Source: Scyliorhinus canicula (Eukaryota). Taken from it: a DNA stretch of 64,000 bases. How positions within the stretch are numbered: the stretch's first letter is position 1; every line of letters starts with the position of its first letter. Positions 24,849-35,967 of the stretch are shown here, one piece after another. The position numbers and the translations under genes are program-made. Under the pieces are notes generated by a model, which saw only the letters and a program-made list of their open reading frames with translations, made no database searches and was not told the origin of the DNA. The stretch is from NCBI RefSeq assembly GCF_902713615.1, contig NC_052147.1:157702771-157766770 (forward strand). The letters run 5' to 3'.

Positions 24849-25569
24849 GGGCGAAATTCTCCCAAACGGGAGAAATCGTAAAACTGCCGTAAAACCCGGG
24901 CGGGTTTTACGGCAGCGCGCCCCTTCCCGACGGGGGACCAATTCTGGTCCCCCGTCGGGGCTAGCAGCCCGACGTCGGAGGCTCCGACAAGTCGGGCTTA
25001 ACGAAAATCGTTAAGCCCGCTTGCCGGAGTTAGCGCCGGCTGACGCGTCATATGATGTCAGCCGCGCATGCGCAGGTGGGAAGACTCCACCCGCGCATGC
25101 GCGGGTGACGTCATCGCGTTTTTGCGCGAAACCCGCGCATGCGCGGGCCGGGTTGCCCCTCAGCCGCCCCGCGTATCGATACTGCGGGGCGGCGGAAGGA
25201 CAAATAGTGCGCGGGCATCGGGCCCGCTGCCCGCGATCGGTGCCCACCGATCGCGGGCCCATGGCACCCTTGGCACGGCCGTGGTACTGCCGTGCCAATC
25301 GGTGCCATGGTTATTTTTTGCGAGTTTGTCACGACGTTTTTACGAACGGCAGGACCAGGTGTGTTTGCCGTTCGTGAAAACGGCGGAAAGGGCTGGGACT
25401 TCGGCCCATCTAACAGCTGTGAATCGCTGCCGGCCGTAAAAAAACGGCGGCAGCGATTCGTGTCGGGACTTCGGCGGGGGGGTGGGAGAATAGCGGGAGG
25501 GCGGGAAAAATGTCGGGAAGGCCCTCCCGCTATTCTCCCACCCGTCGTGGGGGGCGGAGAATTTCGCCC
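24849..25569. mobile_element. Young CpG-rich Harbinger-type MITE
   Basis: Perfect TIRs GGGCGAAATTCTCC / GGAGAATTTCGCCC; TSD ATA. Confidence 0.9.
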
Positions 25570-25925
25570 ATAATGTCTGACATTAGATGTGATTCTGCAG
25601 TTGGACAGCACTTACTGAACAATGTGCGAAAAATTACACTAACAGCCAATTTAAGATTATCGATCAATCTCTCAAAGTGACTCATTTATGCTTGCTGGAA
25701 ACTACATCTGTTCATTCACAGGGCACTGTCCTCTGGGGGAAAAAAGAACATGTCCAGACATTGCACCAGCTTTTGAATTAAACAAAATCAAATTAAGTAA
25801 GACAGTAATTCCCTGGTGCCTTCCGTGTGCTGACGCCGCGACCAGAGTCAATTTGCCAATCAATCAGCTCCCTGCTCCCATGCTGTATGAATTGTTGCTC
25901 CCTTTTGAATATGGCATTCTTTAGA

Positions 25926-25961
25926 CTATCCTGATGAGTGCAAGATGAAAAGCTTTGACAG
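25926..25961 (+). ncRNA. Minimal type-I hammerhead ribozyme motif, slightly decayed, in the Penelope pLTR
   Basis: ctatc-CTGATGA-gt(gcaag)at-GAAA-agctT-T-gacag. Palindromic stem III AAGCTT; stem I ctatc/gacag with one mismatch. Confidence 0.7.
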
Positions 25962-26504
25962 CATGTCTCTTTTTTTCAGCAATATTCAATTTCTGTGCTG
26001 CCAAGCGACTGCTTATAATAGCATTTCATGTGGGAAGATTAATGATTGGTGTTATTAACGGCAAGTTACAGAAGATTGATTCATTTTGACAGTATGTTAT
26101 ACAAAAATCATTTCTGAATCAGGTTATTCTCCATGCAGTTTGTGTTCTGTTCCTTTGCAAATTGCTGCTTCATTAATCCGCAGTGTTTTCATACAGTTCT
26201 GCACCATCTTTATCTGGTGCCTAGGTACTGTGCAGCCAGCTTCACTAATCAATAACCCACATTGGAGTTATCAGTGGAAATAAGCCAGAGTGATTTGGTG
26301 AAATGATGGTTATAGACTCTAGGAGGGAAAGAACATATTTTCATCAGGCTTTCCTTGGGGAAATCCTATATGGATCTCCAAATCTGGAGAAACCCACTAG
26401 TTTGTTCAGAATGTCAGCTTGTAAACTTAAAGCAGGGGTTTGAAGCACCCAGTTTAATAATGCTGAGGGTTACCTTCATGATGTGAGACCCAGTCCTTGT
26501 TAGT

Positions 26505-27325
26505 CATAGAGGTTTACAGCATGAAAACAAGCCTTTCGACCCAAGTTGTCCATACCACCCAGTTTTTACCACTAAGATAATCCCAATTGCCCGCATTTGG
26601 CCCATATCCCTCCATAACCATCTTTCCCAAATAACTGTCTAAATGCTTTTTTAAAGTCAAAATTGTACCCGTCTCTACTACTGTCTCTGGCAGCTCGTTC
26701 CAGACACTCACCACCCTCTGTGTGAAAAAATTGTCCCTCTGGACCCTTTTGTTTCTCTCCCCTCTCACCTTACACCTATGTCCTCTACTTTTAGACTCCC
26801 CTGAGAAAAGCTGTTGACTATCTACCTTATCTATGCCACTCATGCACTCTTTCAAGTTTAATAATATCCTTTCTATAATGGGGTGACCAGAACTGTACAC
26901 AGTATTTCCAAGTGTGACCGTACTAATGTCTTGTACAACTTCAGCAAGATGTCCCAACTCCAGTATTCAATATTCTGAGCAATGAAGCCAAGCATGCTGA
27001 ATGCCTTCTTCACCACCCTGTCCACCTGTGACTCCACTTTCAAGGAGCTATTAACCTGTACATCTAGATCTCTTTGTTCTATAACTCTCCCCAACACCCT
27101 ACCTTAACTGAGTAGGTTCTGCCCCGATTCGATCTACCAAAATGCATAAACTCACATTTATCTAAATTAAACTCCATCTGCCATTCATCGGCCCACTGGT
27201 CTAATTGATCAAGATCCCGTTGCAATCCTAGATAACCTTCTTCACTGTCTACTATGCCACCAATCTTGGTGTCATCTGCAAACCTACTAACCATGCCTCC
27301 TACATTCTCATCCAAGTCATTACAA
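26505..27325 (-). mobile_element. CR1 LINE fragment
   Basis: SRFADDTKIGG, LYKTLVRSHLE and FFTQRVVSVWNELP on the minus strand. Confidence 0.88.
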
Positions 27326-27676
27326 CACACACCCGCCCCCCCCCCCCCCCCCACGCCCCGGCATCAAGGCTAATCTATCGCAACTGGCAATCACTGTGCC
27401 CCCTGATTTAGTGAAGGACCTTCTGTAGATGGAGAAACAGGTCATTGCCTATTACTTTTTGAAGAAGGGATTTTACCTCCCACTAAGGGTTTGCTCCTAA
27501 ATACTTTGATCAGATGCCCCGTCATTGGGAGAAATGTTCATGACCCAGCACATTGGGAGGTAGGTGGTGGGGGGTGCTATTGGAGGGGGGATCTAAAAGC
27601 AGCTGGTTATTTTTCAATGTGGTCCTGTTTTATGAGTTTCTGCCTGCAATAGTTAACCCTTTCCTCTTTGTATTAG

Positions 27677-27786
27677 GGGGAAAATTGTCCTGGGATACAC
27701 AGAGGCTGAGCTACGGGCACGTGGAACTGGATACCAGTTTATCCATGCTGCTGACATGCTGCACTGCGCAGAAAATCACGTGCGAA
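27677..27786 (+). CDS. ahr1: AHR exon 8 equivalent (PAS-B ligand-binding domain)
   Basis: tattag|G, then [37 protein letters not shown]|gtaagt. 110 bp. Confidence 0.95.
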
Positions 27787-30008
27787 GTAAGTGTCCCAGA
27801 CTGCGCTGCTGTCTTAGCCTTCAATCTATGCATTGTGTTTTTTACTTACAGGAGGTAGGCCTTTCAGCCCATTACATGCAGCTGATCCTGGAGAAAACGT
27901 CTCACGCTGGTACCTCATTGGTTCAAATAAATAAAAAAATTATTCTTGGAAGTCCAAGGGAGGAAGTTTAGGAAACAGAAATGTTCAAAGCATGTCTATT
28001 CCGCATAGCCGTGTTGCGACTGGGATGTGAGGAATGTGCAATTGATCTAGCCTCACTACTTTGCAGGTCACAACATTAGTGCAAATGTTTAATTCAATCA
28101 CCAAAATGGCCAATTATTTATCTTTGCTGCTGTTAGACCCAGAATAAAAACGACTTTAATCAGGCTTCTTTCAATAAACTCAAAATGATTGATTTATTAT
28201 AAAAGACCCATTTATTTCTACTCTGTTTCCTGCCTGCTAACCAATTCTCAATCAATGTCAGTATATTACTCCTGATCCCATGTGTTTTATTTTGCACACT
28301 AACCTCTTATGTGGGACTTATCAAAAGTTTCCGGAATATCCAAATACACCACATCCACTAGTTCACCCTTATCTATTCTACTAGTTACATCCTCAAAAAA
28401 CACCAGTAGACAAGTGAAAGATGAAGGGTGCTAGAGGTTTTTAAATTATGAAGGGTTTTATAGAGTTGACACAGAGAATATGTTTCCACTCACATGGAAG
28501 TTTAAAACCCATAAATGTAAGAGAGTCACTGATGAATCCAATAGGGAATTCAGGAGAAATTTTGTTCAAGAGTGCAAGAATGTGAACTCGCAGGAGTGGT
28601 TGAGGTGAATATTACAGATGTATTTAAAGGAAAGCTGGATAAATACATGAGGTAGAATGGAATGGAAGGGTATGGCGATAGGGTAAGATGAAGCATGGAT
28701 AGGAGGAAGCTCATGTGGAGCATAAATCCCAGCATGGGACAGGTTTGTCTGAATGAGCTGTTTCTGTGTTTTAGTTTCAATGTAACCTCAATGGAACTCT
28801 CCCAATGCATTTTATGTATCAGTGAATCAGACTTTGCCAAATGCATGCCGTTTTATACAGTTGGCCCATTCACACTAACAGCTAAGTTGGGACTATGCCA
28901 AACTCAATCTGCATTAAAGTTTTCACAGCCATCGGAAAAGGGGCTTCCTTCCCGTCAGCGTGGGCTGCACTTGCATCCCAGGTCACAGATGCGAAGTGTT
29001 AAGTTTTCATTCAGAGGTCCAGAGCCTGCCGCTGGGATGAAATGCAGCCGGGAACCTGGAACTGCTGGCGGCGTGACTCCTGACCCCTGTCCAATTAAGG
29101 ATGGCAGACAGGATCCTGCGTCTGGGGGTCTAATCAGAGGCCATCTGGCAATGAAAGATCGGCAGCCCCACTGTCAGAGGTAGGAGATGCCAACGTAGGT
29201 TGGAGAACTAGAGGGTGCCTCACAATGGAGGGAGGCACACTCTGAAGAATGTTTATACATCCTGAGGTAAATGTCATCACAGCTGCCAGAACATCTTTGT
29301 GGAAGGGGAATTCTTCCATGGGGTAGCATGGGTCCATAGCTGGAATCCTCTGGCTTTATTTGGGCTCCAGGAGAGTAGAGGGGGAAAATACATGCCAACC
29401 AAAGTAAGAAGATTCCTGTAAATCCCTATGGCTGATTTAATAGGTTGGGTTGCAAACATATTTCTTGACAGTGAACTGGGCAGTGTAATCACTCAAATAA
29501 ATGGGGAGGAATCAAAGTTGAAATTCTTCTCTCTGCTCGTAAATAGCAAATTATGTTTTGAATTCACTCGATCTCCGCCCAGGAACCTGGTTCGCTCAGT
29601 GCGGCTGTTCTCTCTCCCCAGGCTGCTTCAGATTTTTTTGGAGATGTGTCACGTCAGGAAAATTAAATGCTATCCCCGATGACCTTCCCTGATATTAGGC
29701 CCCAAGTTCCTCCTCGAGCTTTTTCCCAGGCTTCTGCTATTGCAGCAACTAAACCTCCAGCTGGGCTGTTAGAAATTGGAAGGGAACTTAACCATGGATT
29801 TACCGCCACAAATTCACATCCTCCCACTCTGATGAGACTGAGCTTTTTAACGACACATAGTGATAATGTTCACCGTGGGGATTTGGAAATGAACCCAGAT
29901 GAGACTGATGGTATATGATGATGCAAGAGGGCTGAGGGTGGCAAAGCAAAATCATCTTTACTGTGACCCTAGTTAACATTTAAAAAAATACAAATGCAAA
30001 GAACATTC

Positions 30009-30275
30009 TTCATAGAATCCCTACGTGCAAAAGGAGCCCATCGGCCCATCGTGTCTGCACTGATACCCTACCTAGGCCCACTACCCCCGCCCTATCCCCA
30101 TAACACCACCTAACCTGCACATCTTTGGACTGTGGGAGGAAACCGGAGCACCCGGAGGAAACCCACGCAGACATGGGGAGAAAGTGCAAACTCCACACAG
30201 ACAGTCACCCTAGGCCGGAATTAAACCTGGGATCCTTCCCCGTGAGGCAACAGTGCTAGCCACTGTGCTCCCCCA
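30009..30275 (-). mobile_element. tRNA-derived SINE (CR1-tailed)
   Basis: Reverse complement of the SINE core and tail. Confidence 0.8.
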
Positions 30276-32661
30276 AGGTTAGGGCTCTGGAAAGATTGCA
30301 GGAGAGGTGCTGACATCGTGGTATTGTTTCTTGATTTGATCACGAGGCCCAGTCTAATGCTCCAAAGCCACTGGTTCAAACCCCACCGTGGCAGTTGGTG
30401 AAATTTAAATTTGGACAGTGAAACCTGGAAGCTAAAAGTTAGCCTCAGTAATGGTGACCATGAAATTATCATTGATTGGCGTAAAAACCCATTTCATCGA
30501 TAGGAAAGGAAATCTGCCGCCCTTACCCGGTCCGGCCTACATGCGACTCCAGAACTGCAGTAATGTGATTGACTCTGAAATATTCAGTTCCAGGGCAAAA
30601 AATGCTTGCCTCGCCAGTGACATCCCAGGAAAGAGTAACGATTAGTGAGATGGAGTGGAGGGTGTTCAACTGTGTGACTAACTTTCCTAAGATTGATTTG
30701 GACATGCTAGATATTCTTCTGATGTTGAGTTTAAGATATATCATCAAGGCAAAGTAAATCTTGTTTGGCAAAGATAGCTCTGTATTGCTCCTTACTTGAG
30801 AAGGGTGATGACAGGAGCTGAAATAGGTACATACTGAATCATATAAACTACAGTGGTCAACAGTCTATTCCTGATCTGGTGGTGTTAGCTAATGGAGGTT
30901 AATTGTGGCACCTACACCATCACTCCTCATGCACTGTTCCTCTGGGGTATATGGCTGTTTATCTTGCAAGGTATAGTTTGGTAGGTCCTATAAGGATATT
31001 TATAGTTTTGGGTACTTCAATAGGAAGTACGTATTAATTACTAGAAACCATAACCAGAAGATTTATGAGGATGTTGTGCAGACTGGGAAATTGCAGCTGA
31101 GGAAAGATTAGATAGGGTGGGGATGTTCTCCTTGGACCAGAGGACAGGGAGGGGAGATTAGAGTGAGATGTACAAAATTGTGAGGCGACTGGATGGAGCG
31201 GATGGGAAGGGCCTGTTTACGTTAGCTGAGAGGTCAGTGACTGGGGGGGGGGGCATATATTTAATGTGACGAGTGGAAAGATGAGAGGGGAGATTTGGAA
31301 AAACTTTTTTCATTTATGAGGTTGTGGGCTCTGAAAGGGTAGAAGCACTCAACTCATTTGAAAGGTGCCTGGATACGCATCTCAAGTGTCATAACCTGCA
31401 GGCCTACGGGCCAAATGCTGGAAAGTGGGATGAGGCTGGGTGCCTCATTTCTCAGCCGGCGCAGATGTGATGGGCTAATTGGCCTCTTTCTGTGCCATAA
31501 ACTTTTTCTTCCATTATTCTGTGATAATCAGTACAGTAAATGTCCAAGCTAGAATCTGTCTCCATGCCTGCTTCTACACACAGCTCTGTCCAACACTACA
31601 CTAAACTCCGAGGTGTGGGTCATGTGTTCTCTTACATCACTGTGTGGCCGATACTGCACTCAGTCCTACATTAACCCTTTATGGGCCAGATCCTTATACA
31701 ACAGTGTTTACCCCTTCCCCATTCCAAAATCACAATTGCTGATCACAGCTTCAGTACACAGATGTGTGAGGATGAGACTATCCTGTCCTGACTCCCATAA
31801 TTTAAGAAATACAAAGCTCGCTGCTTAGGTATCAGGTAATGAATAATAGCCAATGTGGGAGATACAAGGGAATGTCTGGCTCCCAAATCAACTCTACCCC
31901 AGCATGGGTCAATATTTTCAGAAGAAACGGTTGGGGTAGGGGGGCTGCAGTCGGCAGTTGAAATCACAGTCAATTGAGAACAAAGTAAACGTGTTTAATA
32001 ATTGTATAAGTGTTATGACTCCCTGGGCCAGTGCGCGGTCAGTTCCAGGCCAACTTGTCCCTGAGTTGCAACACAATTGAAATCAATAAATAATTCTTAG
32101 AAAACACCCAAAGTCTTTGGCCCTTAGCTGCTCAATAACTACAGTCACCGGGTTTGTAAATTTAAACACAATTAATTTTTAATAATAACAATAACTACAA
32201 TACACTGTGCAGCAAATGCAACTTGCTAACTACGATCTAATTCCTAGCCCACCCTCTTAAACTCACCCCACCCTCTATAAACATACACAAGGCAGATAAA
32301 CACAGAAGAGGGGTGTAAAAATAATAAAGTAAAAAGATAAGAGTCTTTGTTTGAGATGGTTGTTTCCAGAAGACCTTCCTTCAATTTAGGTTTTCAGATC
32401 GACATTTCTGTTTCCAGTCTGTAATGATTTTCACTGTAGATCTCAGGTCACAGCAGTTTCAGAAATACGGCAGCTTGTCTGGAGAATACATGAGGGAAAG
32501 AGAGAGAGCAGGTCCTTTCCTCGGAGTGTCCAGCAGTCAAACTGCTGCCCCAGGCTCTCTGGAAATCATCCCACTCAGGCAGGATCCAACCACCGCCTGT
32601 TACCCGGCAGAATACAGCATTTTGGCCAATTCATTGGCCACCAGCCAACCAATTGAACCGA

Positions 32662-32911
32662 GTGTGCGGGGTCTGCACGTTCTCTCCGTGTCTGCATGGG
32701 TTTCCTCTGCGTGCTCTGGTTTCCTCCCGAAGTCCAAAGATGTGCAGGTTAGGTAGATTGACCATGATTAATTGCTCCTTAATGTCCAAAGTTGAGCAGG
32801 TTAGGTGGAGTTATGGGGATAGGGCTGTGGAATGGGCCTAGGTCGAGTGCTCTTCCCGAGGGTCAGACTCGATGGGCCAAATGGCCTCCTCTGTCCTGTA
32901 GGAATTCTATG
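32662..32911 (+). mobile_element. 5'-truncated SINE (CR1-tailed)
   Basis: Core tctgcacgttctctccgtgtct through gggccaaatggcctcc. Confidence 0.75.
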
Positions 32912-33039
32912 ACAGTACATGTGCAGAAAGTGCATCCCAAGAATCTATCCAAATGACAATTAACAACATATACTTCCAATCAAGGCCATAATTCCTTTCC
33001 TCAGAATTATAATGAGCCATCCTTAAGATCTCTTCCTCA

Positions 33040-34190
33040 ATGACAAAGTCCCCATAAGAGATTATTGTGTAAAATTAAAGCGCATGGGATTGGGGGAAGT
33101 ATATTGAGGTGGATAGAAAACTGATTGGCAAAGAGGAAAAGAGTAGGAATTAATGGGTCCTTTTCAAATTGGCAGGCAGTATCTAGTGGGGTGCCACAGG
33201 GATCGGTGCTGGGACCCCAGCTATTCACAATATATATTAATGATTTGGAAGAGGGAACAAAATGTAACATCTCAAAGTTTGCAGATGATACCAAGTTGGG
33301 TGGGAGCGTGAACTGTGATGAGGATGCAGGGATCCTGCAGCATGATCTGGACAGGTTGGGCGAGTGGGCAAATCAATGGGAAATGCAGTATAATTTACTT
33401 TGGAAGCAAAAACAGGAAGGCAGATTACTACCTGAATGGTTGTAAATTGGGAGAGGGGAGTGTGCAGCGGGACCTGGCTGTCCTTGTGCATCATTCACTG
33501 AAGGTAAGCATGCAGGTGCAGCAGGTGGTAAAGAAGGCTAATGGTATGTTGGCCTTCATTGCGAGAGGTTTTGAGTATAGAAGCAGGGATGTGTTGCTGC
33601 AATTATACAGGACCTTGGTGAGGTCACACCAAAAATATTGTGTGCAGTTTTGGTCTCCTCTGAGGAAGGATGTTCTTGCTCTCGATGGAGTGCAGCGAAG
33701 GTTTACCAGACTGATTCCAGGGTTGGCGGGACTGTCATATGTGGAGAGATTGATGAGGTTAGGATTGTTCTTGCTGGAGTTCAGAAGAATGAGGGGGGAT
33801 CTCATTCTTATAATATTCTAACAGGACTAGACAGGGTAGATGCAGGGAAGATGTTACCTATGATGGGTGTGTCCAGAACCAGGGGTCACAGTCTGAGGAT
33901 TCAGGATAAACCATTTTGGACAGAGATGAGGAGACATTTCTTCACCCAAAGAGTGGTGAGCCTGTGGAATTTATTGCCACAGGAAGTAGTTGATGCTAAA
34001 ACTTTGAATATATTCAAGAGGCGGCTAGATATAGCACTTGGGGAGAATGGGATCAAAGGCTACGGGGAGAAAGCAGGATTAGGCTATTGAATTGGATGAT
34101 CAGCCATGAGCGTGATGAATGGTGGAGCAGGCTCGAAGGGCCAAAAGGCCGCCTCCTGCTCCTATCTTGTATGTATGTATCTACGTATGC
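33040..34190 (+). mobile_element. CR1 LINE 3' portion, frameshifted
   Basis: [40 protein letters not shown]; (TATG)n tail. Confidence 0.9.
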
Positions 34191-34699
34191 CAGGTGGAGG
34201 AGAAAATCCACTGTTAGTTAGTTTTGGTTCACTGTGTCAGTGAGACTTTATCCACTCATTGTAGATCAATCTTCCTCGATTTGGCACTCTGACAAGACAG
34301 GCTTTTAAGACTCGCTGAAGAGTACTCGTTCAAGATGATTTCCTAGTTTTACTGAGGTCGGGAAGTTGCCCCATTCATTTATCTCAGATTTATCAAGAAA
34401 TCACACTTGAGAAAAATATCCTATGGATTGGGAGGGCAAATTTAAATGTTCCAAACCTATGCGTATTCATCTGTTTCAATTTAGTGGATGAAATATTGCT
34501 AAAGTGCAAACCTGCAATTTAGTGACAGACGTGAGCAAGCAGTAGGATGTTTTCCATTTATTTTTTAAATATGTATCATGATTTCCTTTCTCAGACTAAT
34601 TTAGCCGATCCTTGCCATAATCTGTTTCCTATAAGCGAGGTCCAGGAGCAAATCGTTGACTGAGAAACATTAAAATGGTTGAGCACATCCTACTTGGGC

Positions 34700-35345
34700 A
34701 TCTTTTGGGCTTCACCTGTTGAACACGACGAAAACCAAGTTTATTCTCTTTAATAGGACAAAGTCTCACTCTACCTGTGATCACAAAATGTTAACGCTCG
34801 ACAACTCCGAACTTGAGCAAGTTTCCACATGCTCCTATCTGGCTGGACCATGGTTTGACTTTTAATTCCCACACTGACATTTTACAAGCTAAGGTTATGT
34901 CTAGACTTGTTTATCTGAATTGGAACAAGACCTGTTTTACTCACTGTACCAAGTGCACCCTAATTCCAATGCCTGCATTTAATTACGACGACCCACATTT
35001 ATAAAATGGTCTCGTAAACCTTTCTTGGTAAGTTAGACACACTCTGCAATTGGATTTGTGACCGGTTCCCCTTTTCACACCCATCACTGTGACCCATACT
35101 CCCTGATTAACTGGCCCTCATTGCGCACAAGGCACCAACTCCACTGGCTTTGGTTAATTTATCGATCCTTGCTCGGGAAAACGCCATGGTTACATTTACC
35201 TGTCACTTCGTACAATCTGAAGTCATGTGACTTGATCAAATCAGTCGCTGCAAGAACGAGCAGTATTTGGTCCTAATTAATTTCAGTTTGGGGCTGCAGG
35301 TGACTGGAACGGATTACAACTAAAGCTGAAGCAAGCTAATTTTAT
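34700..35345 (+). mobile_element. Decayed L2-group LINE ORF2 C-terminal fragment
   Basis: IWLDHGLTFNSHTDILQAKV and TGSPFHTHHCDPYSLINWPSLRTRHQLHWLWLIYRSLLGK. Confidence 0.65.
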
Positions 35346-35390
35346 GCCTTCTGCCATAGGGGTAAAGACTGTGTTGACTGATACTTGTTT

Positions 35391-35699
35391 GGGCGGCATG
35401 GTAGCACAGTGGTTAGCACTGTTGCTTCACAGCTCCAGGGTCCCGGGTTCAATTCCCGCTTGGGACACTGGGCGGAATCTGCACGTTCTCTCTGTGTCTG
35501 CGTGGGTTTCCTCCACATGCTCCGGTTTCCTCCCATAGTCTCGAAAGACGTGCTGTTCGGTGAATTGGACATTCTGAATTCTCCCTCTGTGTACCTGAAC
35601 AGGCGGCGGAATGTGGCGACTACGGGATTTTCACAGTAACATCATTGCAATGCTAATGTAAGCCTACTTGTGACAGTAATAAAGATTAAAGATTATATT
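35391..35699 (+). mobile_element. tRNA-derived SINE with a different (L2-type) 3' tail
   Basis: Same head and core as the other SINEs, then tail cggaatgtggcgact..ttttcacagtaac..aagcctacttgtgac..aataaagatta. The tail also occurs at 39105-39180, 42052-42135 and 62775-62853. Confidence 0.75.
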
Positions 35700-35967
35700 G
35701 TTGGATTAACTGTCACTTCTCTTCCAGGACTGTGCAGGTACAGTGGATGGCCATGTTAAATTGCCCTTTAGTGTCCAGCGCATACAATGACCCACTCATT
35801 AGTCCATTGATCTTGTAACAGATATTGGGCAGCATTCTCCAGTTCCCCAGCTGCGTGTTTCATGGTTGCGCACCATTCGCTGGCGACAGGATTCTATCTT
35901 TCTCCCGCTTGTGCGGGCAGGGATGAACTGCCGGCGGGCAAAGTGAATCACAGTGGCAGGGGAAGAA

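Larger units (their letters stand above)
24411..25989 (+). mobile_element. 5'-truncated Penelope-like retroelement (end of the GIY-YIG region plus pLTR, with an inverted pLTR piece at the 5' end), interrupted by a SINE and a MITE
   Basis: CDSAVGQHLLNN..AKNYTNSQFKIID...HLCLLET...KEHVQTLH at about 25588-25767. 24411-24450 is the reverse complement of about 25948-25989. Hammerhead motif at 25926. Confidence 0.75.

Noticed and set aside
32011-32968. Possible solo LTR (TGTT...AACA) interrupted by a SINE
   Set aside because: No TSD or second copy in the window to confirm the boundaries.
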